A stretch of DNA of 62,786 nucleotides, counting the filler, from Folioceros fuciformis (lineage: Eukaryota): assembly GCA_049999805.1 (NCBI GenBank). It is 12 parts of 12 records of this genome, joined end to end, with 100 filler letters (N's around TTAATTAATTAA, not from the genome) between each part and the next. Parts side by side here need not be neighbours in the genome. Positions count along the whole stretch, not along the records: positions 47,327 to 49,111 come from JBNGIO010001626.1; positions 49,212 to 53,904 come from JBNGIO010001627.1; positions 54,005 to 57,493 come from JBNGIO010001628.1; positions 57,594 to 62,786 come from JBNGIO010001629.1; 8 more parts are not named here. One strand, written 5' to 3'. Positions 47,994 to 58,121 of this stretch are shown piece after piece. Below the pieces are notes generated by a model. The model was not told the DNA's origin. It made no database searches and saw nothing but the letters and a program-made list of their open reading frames with translations. The position numbers and the translations under genes are program-made. Numbering within the stretch: the stretch's first letter is position 1; each line of letters begins with the position of its first letter.

Positions 47994-49982
47994 GCTTGTG
48001 TTGAGTGAAGGCTGCAGACTTAAACTGTTGAAGCTTTTTATCAACGTATCCAACTGTGAGGCTGAGGTCATAAGGTACCTACAACCATCAAGAAACTATG
48101 GTTCCTGAACGACAGGTGAGTACACTTATGCATTTTGTGGGTGGCTGATTGGTTTGGTCTCTAAGAATTGATAGAAAACAAAACTACTCATGCGCAGGAT
48201 TTAGAGGATATACCAACTTTTCGAGGTATATGATCTAAAGAGGAAGAGCTAGCAGTGAAGGCTGCAGAATCCTATGAACAACGTAGTCCTGAGCATGACA
48301 TCCAGGTCTAGTGTGAACGGGTAAGTAGAAAAGAACCCTAAAAACTTAAAGAAGTTTCATGTTCAGAAGAGACCTTTCTCAAAAAACGAAAACCTAACCG
48401 TCGTGTCTTATCCATGTGAAACGACAGGTTAGGTACACCAATCACAACAACACAGAAAACCGTATGGAAAAGATGCAAGTAGAAATGCACCGCTTCGAAT
48501 CTGGACAGGTATTGCTCCTGCTGCTCTCGCTTTGCTCCTATGTAGCGGAAGAATTCATGGCGTTGAGGGATCAATTACTGAATGAGAGCATCCAACCTCC
48601 ATTCTTTGAAGCTTAGGGTCCATACACCTCAAAAGATCAGCAACTTCGTTGATGTTCTTCTGGATATTCAATTTATATTTGGTGATAGATTGCTTAGTAT
48701 CAGGCGAAGAACAAACCAGTATGTCTTTGAGGGTTTTTAGATTGAAGATGGCAATAGAAAGTACTTTCTCCACCCTAAATAATAGAGATCGTGTCTCATT
48801 GTGAAGCTCCAAAGTTTGGGGTAGTAGTTTGTTTTGGTTGAAAAAGGGTTAATAGTGGTATGGTTTGGTTTTCTTTTTCTACTTATTTTCCCTAATTTTA
48901 CTTGATTTTCTGGTCATTTTCCTATTTTTCTTTGTGCTAATTAGGTTAATTGACCAGGAAATAGTTGGTTTGGTTATAAGAGTGGGTATAGGTTTGGTTC
49001 CAGACCTGGGAAAGTTTAGGTCCGGTACCGGGCCATAGGGTTATTAAAGCCCAATGTGCTTAAACTAATGTGATTAGTTTAATTAGGCTAATGTGATTAG
49101 TTTAGTTAGGCNNNNNNNNNNNNNNNNNNNNNNNNNNNNNNNNNNNNNNNNNNNNTTAATTAATTAANNNNNNNNNNNNNNNNNNNNNNNNNNNNNNNNN
49201 NNNNNNNNNNNAATTCAGGGCACTTGGAACAAGATGTGGGGCCCAATATTCTTGCTCAGGTAAGCACCACAAATCTCTTCTATGAATAGAGGGCGGGATA
49301 TACAATGGGCCTGCTTGAAAACCTTGAACTGATTCGAGAAATGAAATAATACTGCGAAGAATGGCCTCGAGGAGGTCGCAGTAGTCCGCCGAGCTTGGCG
49401 ATGGCTTGTTGTCTTCTGGACTTTGTCCCATCTTCAGGTGCATGCTTTTGCAGGTGGATCGTTTGTGTGAGGGTCCAGGTCTTGCGGGCGTCTGCAGAAA
49501 CTCTTCGAGAGTTGTGTGTTAACAAAGCGGTGGCATTACCTGAAAAAGGACAGTGAGGCTCTGGTAACTTTGTCTTACGCTATCCTTCTTTCCTTGTCGT
49601 CTGCGGTAGCTTGCCTTGCCTTCTGCTCTACTCCATTCCTTGCATTCCTGCGGGTGCTTGTCTACCTCTTTCATTGCGCCTTTACCACGAACCTACAATG
49701 CGGAATGACCAGACACGGGCATCGATCATGTCAACTGCAACCCTAAACCTAGAACGAGACACCTGAGAGGCGAAAAGCAGAGATAATCGGCAATGGCGCC
49801 AGGTCACCGAGCCTGAGGGGCCCCCCCTGTGCGTGAGATGCCGACGGAGCTCGACAACGTAAGAAACAGACATGAAATGGTGTCACCCAGGACAGGCTCA
49901 CCCCAGCCCAGGTCCGGTCCGGTCCGGGCCCCGGCCCCGCCACTCGGCGCCGTCAGCTTAGGCTCAATAAGATCTGCCTGGG

Positions 49983-52394
49983 ATGGCGGGAGCGATGTTG
50001 AGCTCGAGAGCGATGGGTTGGAGCTTGGGGGCGGACGTGTGGCTGGCCCTGGCACTGGGGGCTGCACTCTTTCTTCTGGCCTCCATTTTCAGGTACTCCC
50101 AGTCGCTGAAGCGGGCGGTGGATAGGAATGGAACGGCAGCCCCCGGCAGATTCTGGCAGCTACCTCTCGTGGGGGAGACATTCCAGCTCCTCACCTCCGT
50201 CAATCCTGAAGATTTCTTGCTGCCTCGAATCCGTCGGTGAGAATTGGCCCTGACGTGCATCCAATTGCATCCTACTGCCTAGGCCCTGCTCAAATAAAAC
50301 AAGTGTTCAGTGTCAACACCTCGCCTTTAGACGCCTGGAACCTGGTGTGCAGATACGGGCCTGTTTTCCGGACGCACCTCTTGGGCCATCCAACAGTTTG
50401 CATCACCGAGGCGAATGGAGTGAAATTCGTGCTGCAATCGCCCAAGTTGTTCCAAACAGCCCTTCTGCGAGGGCCGATCAAGCACTTGTTGGGTACCGGT
50501 GGCACTGTCCAGACGGAAGGACATGCCCACGAGCAGTTCCGGAGGCTGGTGATGGCCCCTCTCACTCCCGAATCTCTCAAACGGTCCACAGCCAGGATTG
50601 ACATGGCCGCACAAGACTGCCTCCGATCACGAGCACCTTCGGCCGCGGATTCGTGTGTGGTGATCAACACTTTTGATGCGGCCAAAAAGGTATTGGCCGT
50701 TGCAAGTGCGCTGACTTGAAGATCGTCACGGCGGGAAACCTGGTCAATGCATGGAATAACTGGAGCTGATGCGAATTTTTGGGATTGCGGCAGTTCACAT
50801 TTGACGTAGCAATGCTCTTCATCTGCGACAGTCTGACGGATGCTGCTGTAAGGGAAAAGCTTCGTGCAAGCTTTTCTGAGCTGGAGAAGGGCGTGTCCAC
50901 GACGTTTCGTGTCAATTTACCAGGAACTGTATTTAGACGGGCTCTGCAGGTGCAAACATGCCTCCACTCTTCTCGCTGTCAGTTCTGATGAACATTTCGA
51001 CTTTGCATGAACGGTTTTGCTTTGGATTGTCAGGGGCGACAAGAAGCAGTGAGCGTGTTCAGAGATTTGATTGACAAAAGACGAGCGGAGAAGGGATCAA
51101 GGCAGCATGATGATATGGTTGATTCCTTTCTACAAGTGGAGGATCTTGAAATCACGCAGATAATAGATAACCTCGTCTTTGTATTGTTTGCTGGCTACGA
51201 CACCACGGCAACAGCAATCTGTTGGGCGTTGAACAACCTGTGCCTGTATCCTGACATCTTGCAGGAAGTGAAGGTAGGCACTTCAACTAGTTTCCATATC
51301 CAATGCTAGCGGTGGTTACTCTGGGACTCCTGTTCAAACTGCGGTGTCACTGGTTGCATCCGCAGACGGAAAATGATGCTGTTGCGGGAAGGCGCGCATC
51401 TCGCGACGATCCTATCACCTGGGATGACGTACAGCAGCTGCCCCTGACCCGACGCGTATGTGTCACAAGGGCCGTGAGGCTGATGCTTTCTACTCTATTT
51501 CAAGATCATGTAAAACATGAGCAGTGTGTTCATTCATGCACAAACGTTTGCAGGTGGTTGACGAAACCTTGAGGCTTGCCAACGTTCTTCCGTTTGTGAT
51601 GAGGGTGGCAATGGAGGACGTCTCCTACAACGGTACAACATCGAGCTCCATTCGCCAAGCCCTGTGTTGTATCTCCATGCATGTCAGCTTAGACATGAGA
51701 CAAAGTGAAATTTGACCCTGCTTGGATGTTGCAGGGATGCTTATTCCGAAAGGCTGGTCAGTAATGTCCTGGTTGCGCTCTCACCATCTCGACTCCAATT
51801 TGTTCCAAGATCCTTACAGATTTGACCCTGACCGGTTCAAGGTACCCATGGAGACGAAAGTTGGACAAGCTTGCAATTGGGTGCTTCCAGGACAGATCAG
51901 ACAGTGTGTTGTCGAGTTTTGAACCCTGAGCATCATGTGTCAAGTATAGTTTGAGTAACTCCCAGGAGTTAAAAGGGTGTGGAAATCGGAATTTTGAGCA
52001 TCGTGTGGTGGTGTTTTGTGGATGCAGACGTCTCCAAAGGTAAATACGTACACACCCTTCGGAAATGGTTACCGAAGATGCCCGGGTAGTGAGCTGGCCA
52101 AGCTGGACGTCGTTGTGTTCCTGCATCGCTTTATTCAGTCTTACGAGTAAGGAGCTGGCTAGTTGAAAGCTACGCACGTTGAGTTTGAGGCTGTGAAGTG
52201 TTCGGGTTGGTTGTCCACCTGTAGAAGCCCACTTCACTTCTCGGTCCGACTAGGCTCATAACATAGAATTGTGCTTCCCGGTGCTGTGTAGATTTGAGGC
52301 AGCTGTGGCGCTTGAGGCAAAGCCAAGACGAGTGAAATGGATGTTGCCACAGCCTCCGCAGGGATTGCCTTTGATCATTCGTAGAAGAAAGTGA
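49983..52394 (+). CDS. Cytochrome P450, CYP85 clan; 9 exons (49983-50236, 50353-50689, 50794-50949, 51034-51273, 51366-51455, 51554-51632, 51735-51841, 52028-52146, 52292-52394)
   Basis: N-terminal TM anchor, LPLVGET, RYGPVFRTHLLGHPT, I-helix AGYDTT, ETLR, PDRF, heme FGNGYRRCPG. The intron layout is typical of the CYP85 clan. Confidence 0.93.
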
Positions 52395-53184
52395 CAAAAC
52401 CAAGGGGAGACAAAAGGACGAATGAGGCGAAGGAAATGGTTCCGTTCTCCATAGTTCGTACAAGTGGTGATACAGTTTCGCTGAGCCTGTGGTCAAAAAA
52501 CAAATTGTGTCCTAATGTGGAAGTAGGTTTGGCGTACTGAGTGTACTGATCGATAGCGACAGCCGTGGTCCCACAAACAACAATTTGTTACTTCCTGTTC
52601 AGAGGAGCAAATGCAGTCACTGCAGGACGTTGCTTTTGGTCTTATCCAATGCAAAATGCATTTGAGGCTTGAGGGCAACCTCTTGCTTTAGCCTTGCAAG
52701 CACATGTACAATACGTGAGAAAAAAAGGTTCTGTCTGCCTGGTTGTGGCTTGGAAGGCCACGCCCTGGGGGAGTGGGTTAGAATGCGGGCGGCCCGTGGG
52801 GCCTGTAGACAAAGTCGAAAATTGGCTGAACATGTTATATCGGCACCAGCTGTAGGCTGTCTTCTCTGGAGGACAGGCCCCAATCGACGTACACGCACGC
52901 AGTAGAGAATGGGGGAATCCTGAATGGGCAGCCGTGAGTGGGCAATTCCGCGATGATATCCCGTTTAGGGGTATGCCCATGAAGGCGGGCTGACTAGCCA
53001 TCCTGATCGTGTCTCATGTAACCAAGAAAACGAAGCTACTATCCTTGTCTACGAAAGCTTTTGTGGCCCAGTTAGAGGCTCAGGTCACTAATTCACTCAG
53101 CTTTTTGGACTCTTATTGCAGGAAAGGCTAACATAGACTTGAGATGGCTTGGCATTCCTGAATGTCGCGGCCGGGAGAGCGAGC

Positions 53185-53620
53185 ATGTTCAGGGCGATGG
53201 ATTATTGGAGTTGGATAGCATATTCTTGGAGTTGGATAGCATACGTGTGAGTGGCCCTGGGGCTGGGGGCTGCGCTCATTTCGCTGGCCTACGTTTTGTC
53301 GTACTCGCAATGGTAGGGGATGCAACGACAATGCCAGGCAGAACCTGGCAGCTGCCTCTAGCGGGGGAAACCTTCGAGCTTCATATTGATATAATAGGAA
53401 TAATAGATTCTAAGGTTAAAGGTCAACATGCATGGTAATCTTAACTTAGAACCTATTATTCCTATCACTTTTCTGCACTAATCCCGACGATTTCTCGGCG
53501 CCTGGAATCAGCAGGTGAGATTCACGTAAACTGCGTCTGTTGAGATCTCACACGTCTATCAACATACCGGATTCAGAAGCTGAAACTGACGAAGCTCACG
53601 TGGGCAGACACGGGCCTGCC
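53185..53620 (+). pseudogene. Truncated duplicate of P450 exon 1/intron 1, interrupted by an AT-rich hairpin insertion
   Basis: GTGGCCCTGGGGCTGGGGGCTGCGCTC, PGRTWQLPLAGETFEL, NPDDF, donor AG|GTGAGA and CAG|ACACGGGCCTG parallel 50040-50365 of the intact gene. Stops and frameshifts are present. Confidence 0.85.
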
Positions 53621-54004
53621 TTGGAGGATTTTCTGGTGGGACACAGGACGTCCCACCTAGCTATCGTGGTAGTATGAGCGATATCAGTATCACCATCCAC
53701 CCTAAACTCTAAGTTGCTAGTACATAAGGCGTGCAGAGTCCCACTTCTTTAGTGACCTCATGACATCCCTTGTAATTGAGTGACTTCAACAGTTGTTCCG
53801 AATTCATCTGCACATTTGCTCAAGCCCTGGCGATGGCATCCTCGTTACCGTACAGGAAATGCTGACTGAACATTGCGAATTTGCACGAGCGTACAAGACC
53901 TGGANNNNNNNNNNNNNNNNNNNNNNNNNNNNNNNNNNNNNNNNNNNNTTAATTAATTAANNNNNNNNNNNNNNNNNNNNNNNNNNNNNNNNNNNNNNNN
54001 NNNN

Positions 54005-54715
54005 GCGCATGCGGTGCACCCCATCACTGCCATACAGCTGGAGTGGTCTCTTTGGTCTCGGGATGTGGAGGAGGAGATCATTCCTCTCTGCAGGTGTGGT
54101 TTGGTGACCTTCACCTGGCTGCCCTTTGTGTTTGCGGCATCCTCTTCATCCCGACTCTCGGCTGATTGTCTACCTGGCTTGCGCAGAGAGCTCGGTATCG
54201 GCATCGTGTCTTACAGTCCACTTGGCAGAGGCTTCTTCTCCGGGCTCACGGCTGCCAGCCTCACTGAATCTGATTTCCGCAAGGTTTGCGAGCTTCCTCA
54301 ATGAACTGAGCTGTCTGCAGCCTACGATTCTCCTCCGCTGCGCCTGATGCCGTTTTCGATCGCCTTGTTGCAGAACAATCCTCGGTTTTCGGAGGAGAAT
54401 TCCCAGCGCAACCGGGCCTTCTACAACGTTTTGGCGGAGATCGCTGGCAGGAGGGGGAAGACACCTGGCCAGCTGGCGCTTGCGTGGGTCCATCACAAGG
54501 GAGATGATGTGGTGCCCATCCCAGGGACAACCAAGGTGCAGAATTTCGAGGAGAACGTTTCCGCGCTTGACATCAAGCTTTCCGAGGAAGAGATCCAGGA
54601 AATTGAGCGAGCTGTTCCACATGAAGCAGTTCACGGAGATCGATACCAAGACAAAAACTTCCTCTTTCAAACTGCTACCACACCTCCGTGGTCAACTTGG
54701 AAATCAACGTCGTGA
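54005..54715 (+). CDS. Aldo-keto reductase (plant auxin-induced / perakine-reductase-like group), last 3 exons (54005-54093, 54187-54283, 54374-54715)
   Basis: [47 protein letters not shown]...[25 protein letters not shown]...TPPW. Confidence 0.93.
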
Positions 54716-56650
54716 CTACGTGAGCTTTGCGGAGAGCTTTGCGTCCACCCTGCGATGGAATCGCGTCCTCACACGGGAATCTGTGGTGCGCGCTGCCAGG
54801 CACTTTTGTATGTTCAAGCGGAATAGGCAGATACAAATGACACCAAAATGTTCGAGTTCTTGTATAGTATTCCTACAGGCTTTTACAGAGAAAAAGCATT
54901 GTAAACATTGTGTCACCTCCCGCTTGAACTGCATTCTACAGCCCGAGGAATCGGGAGCAACCATTCCTCTCCACAGTTTCGACCTACATTACGCCGCCAC
55001 CAATTCCACGGAGTCACATGCAGTGGCGTGTACTTTGGAGACAACTTTGGCCAGGCTGCCCTTGGGCAGCCACGGTGGATTCTCCATAGTCTCCAAGGGA
55101 CTGGCAGTCGTCCTTGCACCTTCATATTTGAAGAGCTTGCGACTCCATGGAGCCTCACATGCGCCGGTAGAAGTGGGAGCTTCGAGAGACGCGAGCTCAG
55201 ACTCTGTCCGACATGGGGAGTTGGAGGTTTTCGAGGTTAGCTTGTGTCTTGTTCCTCTACAATTCCAGGCTTTCGGAATCCGAGAGTACATTGTGACGAA
55301 CGGACTGGTACTTATCGCCAAGGCAAACAGACAAACATCAGCATAAAAGACCAAAGGTTGAAACTCAGAGTGTCTATCCGTACCGGTCCCCCATCCCTGG
55401 CGACATGTCAATGACAGAGCGACATATGGGGACCACTGAGTTCCAACCTTAGGTTTTCCAGGCTTGTCTCCGTCAGACTTGACGATGGACGAATCCATTC
55501 TTACAAGGAACTCTCGAGCTCATGGGAAAGCATAGAGTTGCGAAGAAAAAAGATGTCCAGCTAAACTCGACTTCCGGCAACACCCCGTGCCACACCCCGT
55601 CTGAGCTATCGTCTCAAAACCATCCACATCTGCAAAGCTTGCCTAAAAGTATTGTAGGCTAGGTGCAAGTGGAGTATCCGCGGAGCCCATACAAGCCCTC
55701 AAATATGAAGATTGCCAAGAGCGATTGCCAAAAGCCTTGTTGACGATGGAGAAGCCAAAAGAGCCAGAATCATATCCACACAATCCAACTAGGCTGCAAA
55801 CAGATTGCTCCGGAAACAAGGCTTTATCCTCAATCTACATCCATACGCACATGGTTTGGCCACGCAAAGCAATTGTTTTTGTTACAAAACAATAAGCTCA
55901 AGGCAGAGTAAATTCAATCTGGTAGGGCGGTAGGCTATGTGGACATATATAGCCTTCAAGCATGACAACGTTCCGACCATGATATCCTTTCTTCGATCTT
56001 AATATTATTTTATATAATTGAATTCATTTTATTTATATTTTAATATAGAAGAATCGTATTAATACTAAAGGTTTCTAATACTCTCAATGAACACACCAAT
56101 TTTTAGGTACAATAATAAATCAATGAGTATAAACTCTTTTTTTATCCTAATTTTATTCTATTTATTTTAATATTTATTTTTTGGCTTCTAATATAGATGT
56201 ATTGTATTAATGCTAAAGGGTTTTAATAATCCCACTTAACTTATCAAATTCTTACTCCTCCTAAAGTCAAGCATCTTAATAGTAAAACTTAACATACTAA
56301 TGGTTTTTTTGTTCAAGTTACCGACGAACTTTTTGTTCAAGTTACCGAAGAACTTTCTTGTAGAATACACGCAAACAATATGTGTCAACAAGATGAAAAG
56401 ATAACATATTACTGGGCAGACCAAAAGTGGTTAAAGACATTGAAGTCTATGATTTAGAATGACAACTTTTAGCCATGCCTACTTAGTCAAGATATTGTGA
56501 TGCCCTAAGCATTTGGTTTGAAAGAAGGAGGAAGAAGAAACACCAATGCTCTTCTCACAAATACGACATATGTATCAATTGGGTTGTTCGTAGGCTACAT
56601 TTTCCTCGACTATGCTCAATTTGGTTATGGTTGCCTTATTGGAGACCTAT

Positions 56651-57335
56651 CCTTGGTTTCTGGAGGAGAATTTTGCACACAACCGGCCTTCTACAACGCC
56701 ATAGTGAAGATTGCTAGCAAGAAGGGGAAGACACTTGGCCAATTGGTGAGTACATGGGTTCATTCATCACAGGGGAGATAACATGGTACCCATTTGAGGA
56801 ACAACCAAGGTGCGGTAGATGCTCACACAATACGATGATGGTGATGTGATTTTCTTCGTAAGGCACTTGAGCCTTGTTTGTTAAGCAATGTGCTTCGAAT
56901 GCCAAGTGTGCGTGTAGAGATTGCTTGAGCCTTATTTGTTAAGCAATTTGCTTCCGAATGCCAAGTGTACGTGTAGAGATTGCTTGAGCCTTGTTTGTTA
57001 AGCAATGTGCTTCCGAATGCCAAGTGTACGTGTAGAGATTATTCATGCCTGGTTAGGCTGCCATAAGGCAGCTACATTACCTTCTCCATAGTCTCCAAGG
57101 ACAGGCATTCTTCCTTGCATGCCCAGATTTGAAGAAGATGGGTGACTCCATGGAGCCTCACCTACACTAAGAGAAGTGGGAGCTTCGAGAGATGCGAGCA
57201 CAACCATATATCCAAGTCAGAGGATGGCATGGACATAGTCATGAGTTTTAGCTTGTGTCTTCTTCCTCTAGAATTCCAGGCCTTCAAAATCCAAGAGTGA
57301 GTTGTTATGAACAGGCTCGTACTCATACTCAAGGC
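56651..57335 (+). pseudogene. Diverged duplicate of AKR last-exon fragment (56651-56816) and of the downstream segment 55050-55325 (57051-57335)
   Basis: Shared strings CAACCGGCCTTCTACAACG, GGGGAAGACAC, ACAACCAAGGTGC, TTCTCCATAGTCTCCAAGG, GACTCCATGGAGCCTCAC, AGAAGTGGGAGCTTCGAGAGA. Frameshifted. Confidence 0.85.
56866..57041. repeat. Tandem repeat, 58-59-bp unit x3
   Basis: CTTGAGCCTTGTTTGTTAAGCAATGTGCTTC(C)GAATGCCAAGTGTACGTGTAGAGATT is repeated three times with few changes. Confidence 0.9.
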
Positions 57336-58121
57336 TAATAGTATGGGTCCATGTGGGTGCTTCACTAAGGCCTATCATGCAATAGAAGTGAAACTTTTTC
57401 TTCCACAATGAACACAAAATCTACGTAATCTTTTGTTCGACAATGAACATGAAACCTATGTACTCTTTCATTCCACAATGAACACAAGTGTATNNNNNNN
57501 NNNNNNNNNNNNNNNNNNNNNNNNNNNNNNNNNNNNNTTAATTAATTAANNNNNNNNNNNNNNNNNNNNNNNNNNNNNNNNNNNNNNNNNNNNATGCATT
57601 GGAAGTAGAGGTGGTTCAAAAAAGATACAACACAAGACTGGAAGGTTAGCATAAAGACCATGGAAGATCGGCGGTGTCAGGTTGGAAATACCCGCAATCA
57701 TTTGAAGTATTAGATGTGGATATGAAAGATTTTAGTGAGAAGATGCATGACAGAGCAGTGAAGGTGTTGGAACAACAAGTGAGTAAGAGAACGCAGGTGT
57801 CTCAGAGTGATGTGATTGGTTGTATCTGAAGTGTGTTAGAATTGGGCATCAAAGTAGGGGTGAGTGAGTCAAAAATTCGAGAACTTTTGAAGGACGTGAT
57901 AGTAGAGTGGCCTGATGCAAGTGGAAAGCTAAGCAAAACAGTTTCACTATGTCTCAATAGTAATATGCGAAATAATGGAGACAGAACAAAAGTTAGACCA
58001 TGAATTGCATTTCTAGACAATGATGGATGTGAATTTTTGATAGAAGGTTTTGCGCCAAAAAAGGCATTGATAGAGTCAGGAGCGCAACCTACATTGATTC
58101 ATTTCAGCGCGGCATATGCTA

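Noticed and set aside
52170-52496. Minus-strand ORF ending RWTTNPNTSQPQTQRA as an inverted last exon of the P450
   Set aside because: A normal plus-strand last exon (52292-52394, ...LPQPPQGLPLIIRRRK) completes the gene.
49983-54715. P450 next to aldo-keto reductase as a biosynthetic gene cluster
   Set aside because: They lie on different contigs separated by an artificial spacer (53905-54004).
4394-57041. Tandem arrays (180, 91, 58-59, 33, 22 bp) as CRISPR-like arrays
   Set aside because: Units repeat over their whole length without unique spacers, no cas genes are present, and the context is eukaryotic.
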